A stretch of 64,000 nucleotides of DNA from assembly GCA_012295275.1 (NCBI GenBank), contig CM022665.1:23808001-23872000 (forward strand), given 5' to 3'. Positions within the stretch are counted from its first letter, which is position 1. Each line of letters starts with the position of its first letter. The notes below the pieces were generated by a model that saw nothing but the letters and a program-made list of their open reading frames with translations, made no database searches and was not told the origin of the DNA. This stretch comes from Chrysomallon squamiferum (taxonomy: Eukaryota > Animalia > Mollusca). Shown here piece by piece: positions 1-11,912 of the stretch. A program made the translations under genes and the position numbers.

Positions 1-3000
1 CAGCATTCAGTTTTTCCATTGTGTGGAAGATTATTGAGATTAATAAAGTGTTAAAAATTATAATTTCATTTGTTCCTATATGTGCAAGATCATTCCAAAT
101 TTTTATCTTGTTTCTTTATAGATATTTTTGTCTTGCAGCCTTTTTTTTTCAATTCAGCAACTGTTGACAATACAGATCTCTAAATTTGTATGTATTGTTT
201 TTTTCCTGTACATTGTTATGATTCAGTGAGTCTTCCACATTAAAATAATCTAACCATACTTGTACTGAAAATAATATAGTTAATGCACTGCAAATGAAAG
301 CATGCCCACATGACTGAAAGTGTTTGCACAAGCATGTTTCTTTTAAAAAAATGTGGTTTGGCCATTTTCCTCTTTATTATTGATTTTAATTTCTGTGCAG
401 TGTTCTTGTTAAATTCCAAACCACAATTTAAATAGCTCTCTCTAAATGAAAATGTTGATTTTATTTTCAGTTTCATTAATACTGTATCAGATTAATAGAA
501 ATCTGAGAAGCCAAATTTAATAAAATATTTTCTATTGCTAACATTAACAACTAACAGAAATACCATCCTTTTTGCATAACTCCAACAGTTCAGTCATTTT
601 ATCTTGTCTTTAACAGATTTTTGTTTTTGTCACAACTGTTGAATATTAAAAATCCAAAAAAGTAAATAAATATTAGGGCTTAATTTTTAATACATTATAG
701 TTATTGTGTTAATAGCAGCAATATCATGTTAGTTTGTCTAAAGCTGAATAATACCAAAATAACTGCAAATTATAATTTGAATATCTTTTAGTTTATAATA
801 AACAGGGATTGGTCAGTGAAGGCTGAAAATGCACATCACATATACATGCTAACAGGCTTTTGTTCATCCTTTATTTATTAGGTGTTTTTAAAAAAAAAAA
901 ATTAGCAGATTTTTTGGTCAGTTTCATATTGCATATTTTACTGTCACAACTGATTTAGTAACTGGTATATTTCTTGCAAGGTTATTTTTCATTAGCTGTT
1001 AATATCTTTCAGTTAATTGGATGATCATCAAAATTGTATTATTGTGTTTCTGGGAGTTTTTATTTTGATGATACTCAAGTTCCTTTGAAAAGATATAACA
1101 TTAATTAACTGACGTTGGAGATTTGTTGAAAACTGTAAACTTCACATCTGAAATTGCTTTTGGTTCCTTCTTGGTCCAGAACATATGGGTGAAATTAAAT
1201 AGCAATATACATCATTTAAATCCAGGTTATCCTCTTACATACATAAACACTATGATACTTTTTAAAAAGGCAGTTCACATGGGTTTTGAACCAGGAAGAA
1301 CCACTATTTATATTATGATCAAAAACAGAACAAATAGCACAGAGGCAGGGTTTTATTGTGTAGCAATAACAGTTTTGATATTTACATTGTCTGTATGTGG
1401 CTCTAAGTTATGTGAAAGAAGCTAATACTGAACAAATGATTTTGCTCTGTTTATAGTGTAGAATATATCACACATATCACAGAGATAAACACAGCAGAAA
1501 GAATTGTCTGCAGTTATGTGGTGTACAAACAAAACCAATGTCAAAGCAGTTACTCATGAAAGAAGACTCTTAAAGACAAACAAAAAGCTAATGTTTAAGT
1601 CTAAAACAAAAATGTATGATTTTATAGTATAATATAATTAAAAAAAAACAATAACAACAACAACAATTATTTGTATAATTACAATAAAGTTTATATTTTT
1701 TATTCACCCTTTAAATGGTTAATGCCTTGTGGTTATAATTCCAAAACCTTAAGCACATATATGTAATCAGATATTTAAATTTATAACATGCACAACAAAT
1801 GAGGCTAAAAAGGTGTTTAGAAGTCAATAAAAAAATGCATTAATTTATCAGAACATTTGTTGCCCTAATTTGTACCATACGGAAAGGTTTTTATTTTTTC
1901 TGGTGTACTTTTTGAATGATGAATGACTAATCAGATAATCAGAATACACTAAACACTAATATTGCAGATAAAATAAAATTAAAGGAATAAATATTCCCCA
2001 ACTGTTATCTTGATAATGCAAAGTTTTATTCTCTTCTATATAAAATCAGTGCTGTGCCAGCCAGCAAGATACAAGTTGATATAATAACAGATGGTATATT
2101 TTAAACTTTAATTAAGGAAAAATGATTATAAAAATTAAATGGATTAAATGTATCTACATTAAAAAAAAAAATAATATGTTGCAAGAAATGATATATTTTT
2201 AAAAATAATATATTTTTAAAAATATTAAGAAAAATGGATAAAATTACAATGGTATAAATATAGCTGTACAAAAAAGATGGATAGAAAACATTAACAGGTG
2301 TATATAACTTCTGTTTTAAAAAGTTTCCAAATATATGTACTTCTGTACTACTTTTTTTTTTTTTTTTTTTTTTTTTCAAAAATAAAATGATTTCATTAAA
2401 TATTTTTCAATGAAGGCACTTGATTTAAAGATTCAATTTTATTTGTTTGTTAAAGATCAATATTGGCATACAGTAACTGTCATATATTTTACATATTATT
2501 ATTATCGAAGATGAAACATTTACTGCAGTGTAAAGGAATAATAAAGCTGATTCGTATACAAAATTATATCGACATACACAAATATATTGTAAATTATCTA
2601 AAATAATTACTCCAGTCAACCATGCATTTCCTCTATAAATGAAAATACCTATTTTTAAAATATATTTCCAGCATGAAAGGACTGAACTGTTAGTTATTTT
2701 CTGCAAGATATTTAATAAACATTACAAATGGGATCAACTTTCCAACTTCAGTTCTAAAATAGTATTTTAATAACATCAGTGAATTACAATAACAAAGAAA
2801 TTGTAACAATACAAAACCTTTTTCTAAACTCTGCTGTAATCTTTAATAGACATAAAATAGTAGAATGGTAGTTTTAACTCTTACATAGCTAAATTACAAC
2901 AACAACAATAAAAATAGTAGTAGTGGTAATAATAAAAGATAATTATCAAAATCGTAACATTTTTCCTTTAAAATTATTAAGTAGAACAAATGTGTTTCTG

Positions 3001-3628
3001 TGGTAACAGTTTCAGCAAGATATACTAAAACGTAAAAGTCTATAAATATAAGACTAGTTGATTTACGACTAGCTTTATAAGAAGGCTGGCAAGATAAAAA
3101 ATAAAACTATAAAGGTGATATGCTACTAAACCTGTTAACAGTTAAATTAACACCAACTTGAACACATTAACAACCAATTTGTGTACCATTACAAATAAAT
3201 TAAAGTTTGATTTTTGTTCTCTTTTTCTAAGAGGTAGAATTTGGTTTTCATCTAAGAATAATTTTATTAGAAGATAAAACAAATAATTTTTAGAAACAGT
3301 TTTTATTTTTTTTTATTTTTATATGATGTATATTCCAGGGTGGATGGGTGGATAGGTGGATGGATTGAGCTGGTAGACATTTTCTACAGATGTTTAAAAA
3401 CATTCCACAGAAATGTTTTTCTTTTTTTTTTCTTTTGACAAATTATTTTTCTTTTCTTCATATTCAAATACTTACAATTTTTTTGTTACCTGATACAAAA
3501 TGAAAATACATGAATGTTTTATATGACACAAAAAGTCACTAAGTCATTGATGCATTTCTGTCTCTCATTTTGTAACATTCTAAGATGAATAAACTGTTCA
3601 ATGTAAATCAAATGGTACTCTGGATTTC

Positions 3629-6600
3629 TCAAATTAACCTAGTATTTTTCAAATACTGAATGAGTGTTTTGTGAATGAACTGATACTGTCCCAAAGTCTG
3701 GACCATGAACATTCGCTGTTGCCGAATTCCAGCAAGAGCTTTGGGTAGATCAACACTCTGAAAAAAACAACCAACAGAAAACTTTTGTAATAACAGATAC
3801 TGGAATTCAGGGGAATTTGGGCCCTTTCCTCCTAATTTGTATTTGTGTCTTGTGACTTTTCAGTGTACCTATGTATTGTGTCTGTTCTTTGCTGCATGCG
3901 ACTGAGAATTATGTGACAGAATTTGTGTATTTGTGTATTATGCTTTATTCTGACATGCTTTTGGTTACTGTGATTTTTCTTTGTGTGCAGATGTGTGCTT
4001 TTTTGTTTGTTTGCTGTGCTTTTATATGTTCGGCTATGGGATATACATTTGAAAGGGTTAAATAATTACATGGTTGTGTTCCAAGCACCACTTCATAACC
4101 ATTGTCAAAATGACAACTCCTGAGCGACCAACACCAGCACTGCAGTGTACAACAACAGGAGCTTTCTTTCCACTTCCTTCCTCACTTTCAGCTAATCTTC
4201 GCACAGATTCTACTTCATCTAGAAAACCTGAATATTTTACAGAAAATCATTAATATTTAAGAAAAGAAAATAAGGACATAATTATAATACATCAAACCTG
4301 TTAATTCTCTTCAAAAATAAAATTCTGAAGAACTATATTTTTTAAATAGAGTACATAGGCAAATGTGTATTAAGAATTAAAAAAAAAAAAAAAAAAAAAA
4401 ATATATATACATATATATACATATTCACATACCAAGAAAGCCATATACATCTTCTGGACATCCATGATCTGGCCAGTCTGTGTACTGGAGATGCCACAGA
4501 ACTCTCTCCTTGTTCATAGGAACATAACGAACAATGATGCGACTTGTAACATAGCATAAGGAATTATCAGTAAATTCCAGGAAAATCTCATACTGCAAAT
4601 AAATATATAAAATACTAATTTTAACACAATGCATATGATAATACCAGATGTTAGGAGTTTCTTCTACGTATTTATTTCTGCTCAAGAAAAATGTTTAATA
4701 ATTATACCCTAAGAAGTGTTTAATTTTCAAGTACTGTTTATTGTTGTCATTAAATAAATTTAAAAGCTAGAGAGATATGGGATATGTAAGAACCCAGTTT
4801 CTTCCTCTTAATTTTCAAAGAAGTGATTAGTTCTTTCATACATTTCTTGGGCAGTTTAGCCTTCTTCAAATTTTTTGTAGTTGTTTTCTTTTTATATCCA
4901 AGAATTTTTTTCAATTTTATTCCTATCAATGTCTTTCATTTCTTTTTCACCTTCTAAAATGAAACCTAACATATCTCCCCAATCTTCACAATAGAAACTT
5001 GGATTATTACATTTTAGTATAACTTTTATTTCATACATTTGATATTGGGCACATCTTGCCCTTGCTTCTAGCTCTTTAATCGTGATAAATAATTCATTTT
5101 TATATACCATCATCTCTTTGAATTCATCGATGATATCATCAACATCACCATCTTCAATAGCTATCATTGGAGGAACCGTTGTTAATTCTCCCTTTTCATG
5201 CATAGGTACTTTATCACAATCTGGAAAATCCCAATAAGTTATTTTTTTTTGTTCATCCGTGTATCTTTTATATGCCTCATCTTCATCTCTACCTCTTTCA
5301 GAATATTCATCATCTTGTTCAATTCTTTCAGATCTACAGCCTTCTGCCCAAAAATGAGTTGGATTTAACCAATCCATTTTTCCATCATTCCAACTCCTAT
5401 TAAGATGAATGTCACTGATGGTTAAATGATGATTCATGTTTTCTTTTGAGCTGAATGCAACAATCTCGGCAATGGGGTATTTCAATATTTCCACAGAAGA
5501 GACAATTGGTTGTTCCTTTAATAATTTGTTGGCTGCTGGATATTTTTTCATTAAGTTCTCTGAAATTTCTTTGAAGAAAATCACAGAACTCTCCTCTGAG
5601 GATATTTTCTTTTTCTGTTTCTCTGGTGTCTTGGGTGGTGAAATTGGTTTGACTTCCTCTAGATATTCTGACAAGTTTTCTTTTTGGTTCATCTTCTCTT
5701 TCTGTCTGAGTTTCTCTTTCACATACAAAGTAACCGGTTTGAGTGTTGGTCCAAGTGTCGATAGTAGAAACTGGCTGTGCATTGCTTCTTGAAGTTTCTT
5801 GATTTTTTTTAATTCTCTCTGGTTCTTTGAAACATGATTCCATACAGTTAGATGATGTAGATTGTTTGTTCCCAAGAATAGAAATGTGTCTTGGTGACTT
5901 TTCAGAAACACTAGGAATAGTGTCAGTGCAGATACCAGTGACAATTGTGTTTCCACTGGATATGGTTGTAGATTGTCCACTAAAATTGTATAATCCACGT
6001 TGACTTCCATTAGATATGCTGTGTCCAGTGGATTTGTTACTGGAGTAACGATTACATGAAGATGTGATAGTTGGGGGCAATCTTCGATGTTTGGCCTCTC
6101 TTGATACGGCACTTGATGTAGAAACAATATCATTTTTCTTGCTACTGCTTTCACTTGCTGTCCTTGATACGACAACATTTGTTGGTCCTGTATATTGATG
6201 AAATTTAACATTACCTCCAGGACTTTTTGTGAGTCTCTCGACAGTAGATCCATGATTTCTTCTTGACATCCCCATTGACTTACTATGTGATAACTCTGTT
6301 CTTCTTCTGTCATCAGTTCCATTGTTGTCTCTACTGATGGAATGGTGGTTACAGTCATACCTGGCATGATTACTATTTTCTTGGGTTGAAAGCAAACTGG
6401 TGAGAATACGTTGCTGCTCACACAGGTATTCTTCTGCAGATCTTGCTTTAGGTTGACTCGGAGATGATAATATTTCTTGTGCATCAGATCTGATAGATTC
6501 ATAGTAATCCTTTTTTCTAGTTCCAAGTTTTCCATTTTGACTAGATGTATCTTCATCAATAATAACTAAATCAGTAAATTCGACTGCCATAAATTCTGGG

Positions 6601-9450
6601 TATTTTTCAATAGTTTAAATTTAATTTAATTTAATTTTATCAGTTTTTATATATTTTGTTAATTATGTAGTTGTATTGCACAATTATTTAAAATTAATAC
6701 TACGTATAAAACCAGGAACTTCCCATACACACCTAACCAATCCTCTTCCTTGTTATATTGCACAACCATTTGTCATAAAATGTTATTTTATATATAAAGA
6801 AATTTTTAGAAATTTTGAATTTATATTATTTATTCAGAATGGCTGTTAAATATTCTTTATATTTGGAGATGAGTTTTATTTTTATTTTTATTTTAAACAT
6901 TTTTACTAATTTATCATTGTTGATTATTTTAATAAAATATAATTTTAAATTTATATGTTAATTATATTTTTAATATTATTTAATAAATTTATTTAATTTT
7001 TATGTTTTAGGAAGAATATTTATCTCCAATTAATATTCTGTCCAATTAATATATCTCCAATAAATATTCTACTGACAAATTTTAATGCTGATATGAATTT
7101 GCTTTAAAACCAAAAGAAAATATAAAATAAATTTTTTCAAAAAGCAGGCATAGAAGGAAGAGTGAATGCCATTGTTAATGGTAATGCTACTCTAACATTC
7201 AAAAGTCGGATGAAGAATGAAATGGTAAAACGTCTTTGTTAGAGAAAGAGAAGCAAAAGATTTCCAACTTTATTGTCCTCCACAAGAAAGATTCAATCAG
7301 TTGATGACACAGTTACACAATCTTCAATATCTTGGAGAAGTTGTAGGGAACTATAATGTTTCTAAAGATGATGTAAGAAAATGGGTAAGACACATTTTAC
7401 CATTACCACTTCAAAAAAGGAAAGGTTTTTCTGATGAATTACCAACTGCAGATCGACGTCTTCTAACAGATAAAGAATTTGATACAATGCAGATGTCAAA
7501 ATCTGACAGATTTGTCTATAAAATGAGACAGCTTATGGATGAAAGTAAAACAACCTCAGAACTGGATTTGAATCGATGGGTTCTGAATCCTTATTATTTT
7601 ATCTTCAATTCCTCCAATACATTTTTACAGTTAAATATTATTCAAATTGATAATGGAATATGCAATGATATTCATACACACTAACTATCTCTTAATAAGA
7701 TAATTCATACTTACATCACCAAAACATTCTTTTCTGCCTGACTCTGAAGGCCAATATGGATAACATTTCTTTTTTCCTTCTTCCTAAAATTATATATATA
7801 TATATATATGTTTTAGAAAATTATATGTATGTATGTATTTATTTTTGTGTGTGTGTTTGTGTATACAATAATAATAATTTAACTATTAGTAACTATATTT
7901 ATTTTGCGGACTGTAATATAAAACAGAATTATATATTTATTATTTAAGATAAGGAACAACATAAAATTTTTAATATATTACAATAGTGAGAAATTTACAT
8001 TACCATTTACTAGAGTGTAAAGAATAAAATTATTAATATAACTGACACACACACACACACACACACACATAATGCAATTTATTTACTTTGTGAATATATT
8101 ACTGTACACTCGTTTAATCAGGTTTATTTTATTATTATTAATATAATTATTTTCTGCTTCACAATTCTAAATACTTTAACAATGTCAGTGGAAATGTGTT
8201 TTTTGATGTGTTTCTGAGGATGGATGGACAAAGTTGTTACTATTATTATTATAGATGGTTGCATGCATTAACTGAATAAAGAAACAGTCATATCTCAGTT
8301 TAATTAATGTAATTAATGAACTGTTGGACATCTGGTAATAAAAGCGATAAACTTAATTCTCTTTATTATTAACACAAGTTGCAATATGTTGTCTAACCTG
8401 GAAAGCTGTCAGCATGGCAATCACATCTACTTCTTGTTCCCAAACCATCTGCCAGAAATCAACAACAGTATTTTCCAAAGGAGCCTGAGTGGCAATAAAC
8501 CACCATTCATTGTTTTCTGCAGACAGCTAAAGAGACAGAAAAATATTGTAGAAATTAGAGTGCAATTATGTGGCCACTAATTAGTAAGAGCATGATATGA
8601 ATGAAAAAATCAAAATAATTGCCGTCTCACTAAAATTTACCAACAACCACTGAAAATTAATCCCATATCTGTTTACAACTTTATTTAAAGATTTAAAAAA
8701 AATAAAAAAATTAATGAATTATCTGATTCAAAAGCAGTTATTATTTAATCCACACAAAGACAGATTATAATGTACCTTAACATGGGATGCATTGATGTAG
8801 CCAGTTGGGTTGTCTTTCTTTGGTGTTAACTTCACTCTACTGTTGTCATAAGGCAATATGTCTTTGAAACGGTTTCTTGATTCATTGGCTTGCATCTTAG
8901 CAACAGTGCATTCCAGATTAGGAGCACGTTTTGGAACTTCTTCGAACTCCACAAACACCTGACCTTCAGATATTTTGCTTTCTAGAATTTTTCTCTGAAA
9001 TTAGAAGTTAACATCAAACATATAAAACATAATGAACAGTGTTTGTAACTTAACTTTCTCTTAAACAGTTACTGTCATTTGCTACAAATCAATAAATGTC
9101 TTAGGTCAAAAATAATATTCTTAGAATCCATAAGTAAACTTATGGCCACAGAAACCACTTTTGCTTTTTTAATGGAACTACTTTTGAAAATAAGTTATTT
9201 ACTCTTTCATCTTTTGGAGCTCTGCTTTCATCATTCATCAGAGCCAGAACCATTGGTCTAGACAAAGAAAGTCCATTCATAGCAGCCATCTTCAGTGGAC
9301 CTATGTTCCGACGAACTGTTGCATCCTGCAATATAAAATATAAAACTGCTAGCAAAGTCACTTCTACAAAATCAGTAAGCATCAATTTAGAAAATGTCAA
9401 ATAATGTTATTAAATATTTATTGGAAGTTCTACCAAAACAAACAAACAAA

Positions 9451-9486
<36 letters not shown>

Positions 9487-11872
9487 AATGATAATATATA
9501 ATTGCTATGTATTAAGCTCTAGAACAAATTAAAAAAGTTCTGCCAACAATATTTTGCAGAAAAAAATAGATATATTATTTAGATGAAACTAGTCTCAAAG
9601 ATTTTATTCTGTATATATTCATAGATATGCTTGTCATATTTGTTAAAATCCTCAGTGAAATTGTCTTGTTCTGAATGTAGCATTCATGCACTAATGGAAT
9701 GCATTTTACAATGAAGAGATTTAATTCACACTATTCAGTTTGTTTAAATTTGGTGAATTTTGTTTTCAGTAAGAAATATGCAATGTTATGAAAGATCATA
9801 GAAAATTCCACAAAAAATATGGTTGTCTATAAAAGAGATGCATCACATCCTACCAAAACAAGGATCATTTCATTAAGTATTTGTCATCCACAGCAAACCA
9901 ACAATAAAAAATAATTATTTGAAAATGTTAACTTACATCAACTGATGCTGTATCACTGTCAGAATCTTCTTGCGAATCATGCAAGGAATCAGCTGAATCC
10001 ATAGAATCTGTAAGCTGATGGCCTGCTACATTTGGATCCATGCCGACACTGGAAATATCTAAACACTGAATACTCCCAGAATCACTACCAGATTTCACAG
10101 AAATCTGATCAGAACCAATTAATACACTTGCAGGCTGATAAACTCTGGTGTCTGGTTCCAAAGTCTTAGGAACGTAAGGTGGTGGAGGCTTCATCATTCC
10201 AATAGGAACAACTGTGTTTAGATCGAAATTTGCAGAATCAGGTTGTTTACAAACTCTGTGAGGAGACTGTTCTTCAACTTTTGGAAGACCTGCCTCTGTA
10301 GTAGTTGATTTTGAATCTGTGACATCTAAGCCTGTGGTTACTTGAACATTTATTTTTCTTTTACTACTGTTCAAAGAACTAGATCTTGCTATCATCATTC
10401 TGCGAAAACTCTCCCTCAGTGTTGCCACTTCTTTCAGCTTGGATGGTGGTGGTGCCTCCTTTGGTGTGACAAGATGGATTTGAATTTTGGACCTCTCTGA
10501 TCCACATCTTTGTTTGAGTTTCTCATTTTCATTTTCAGATTCAGAGTCAGTTTCCTTGGCATGAAATGTTGCATAAGAGTTTTCACTTGATGTATCTTCC
10601 TTATCCTGCTCACTTTGGATATTTTCAATTTCCTTAGCAACTGGCACTTCTTCTGATAAGTTCTCGACACTTTTGTCAAGACGTGATTGAGCAGCCAGAT
10701 TGTTTGGAATTACCTGTTGAGGGAGAAGGTCTGGAGGTTCATTAGCTGAACATCCTCCTGTCTGGACAGCCAAGTCTGGTGTGCTACTGCTGGTTCTTGG
10801 ATAAGGAGGGGGAGGACGGTATTGATAGTTTAGAGACTCAGTTATCATGTTGTCTGAAGAGTACTGTTCAGGAAGACTTGGTGTATTCAGTTCTGGTGAA
10901 CTGTATGTTGGATGAACTGCAAGGTTATTAGCTCTTTCTCCAGATCTGTATCCATAACAGTTATGTCCATCGTGAAAAACATTTGCATAGATAGAATGAC
11001 TATAGTTTCGTATAGCAGAAGCATTCACATACTGTGTTTCACTGGGATAATCAGACACTTGCTCTACCTGTCTGATTTCAGGCTGGCTGTAGGCACCACC
11101 ATCAGCATGGGAGTAAATCTGTGATTTGCTTAAATTTTGTGGATTACCATTTGAAACTGACTGCTGAGCATTTCGCATTTTCATGAGAGTCTCATAATCA
11201 GGACTAGGTCTGTAAGCTGGCAGCTTGGCCAGTCGACTAGCATACTGAGGATCAGTCTGTGCAGTTGGAATGGTTGGTTGTTGTACTCTGTACATTCCTC
11301 CATTGATTATCATCTCTCCTTCAATATTCTGCTGCTGTATGTCGGGAACCTGGTCCAAACTTTGTTGAGAGTGTCCATAATACTCTTCAGCTGTAATGGT
11401 TTGCTGTGCATCTGAGAGTTCAGTGGTAAAAAAAATTAAATGAATACAAATAATAATAATAATAATATATATATGACTGTTATAAAATTTTAAAACAAAT
11501 AATTTTATTTTAATTTATTAAAACCATGTGTGTTTTATAAATTATTAGTGTTATTACAGAAGCACATTAATGTACTGAACTTGGTGACATACATCTGGTA
11601 CTACAGCTAACCTCACCTTGAGTGTAGCGTTGATCTTGGACATAAACCAAAGATGACTGTGAATTTGTCTGTCAAATGAACAAAAACTTTATAAAATCTT
11701 CTGTACACTGCAAATACTTCTAATAAATCAATATTAATAAAAGCTAAATGAAGGAAATTAAAATGGTGAAAAAAATAAAAGATGAAATACATAAATGTGC
11801 AAAATAAGTAGATAAATGCTCATCAAATTAAAATACTAAGGAACACATGCTGATTACAAAAAAATATATATA

Positions 11873-11912
<40 letters not shown>

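Larger units (their letters stand above)
4620..7690. mobile_element. Virus-like insertion (putative endogenous viral element) filling the PTPN14/21 intron 4593-7714
   Basis: Intronless, ORF-dense segment with no microsatellites and higher GC than the neighbouring introns. It contains two long overlapping minus-strand ORFs, an AT-rich spacer (about 6600-7010) and a decayed divergent plus-strand ORF. No TIR or TSD was identified, so the boundaries are approximate. Confidence 0.6.

Noticed and set aside
1-3600. Short ORFs downstream of the PTPN14/21 stop codon
   Set aside because: Low-complexity AT-rich translations with no splice-consistent structure; likely 3' UTR or intergenic.
5436-5792. 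118-aa plus-strand ORF as a third overlapping gene in the insert
   Set aside because: Phe/Ser-rich antisense shadow of the Lys/Glu-rich ORF-B region, with no independent signals.
4620-7690. Calling the insert a definite parvovirus, Maverick/Polinton, Helitron or retroelement
   Set aside because: No SF3 helicase, capsid, PolB, integrase, RT, TIR or hairpin terminus is recognisable, so the family cannot be assigned from the sequence alone.
4593-7714. ORF-A or ORF-B as extra exons of the phosphatase
   Set aside because: Exons 7783-7715 and 4592-4433 join in phase 0 to give a continuous PTP domain. The AG just upstream of ORF-A lacks a pyrimidine tract and would lead to an early stop.
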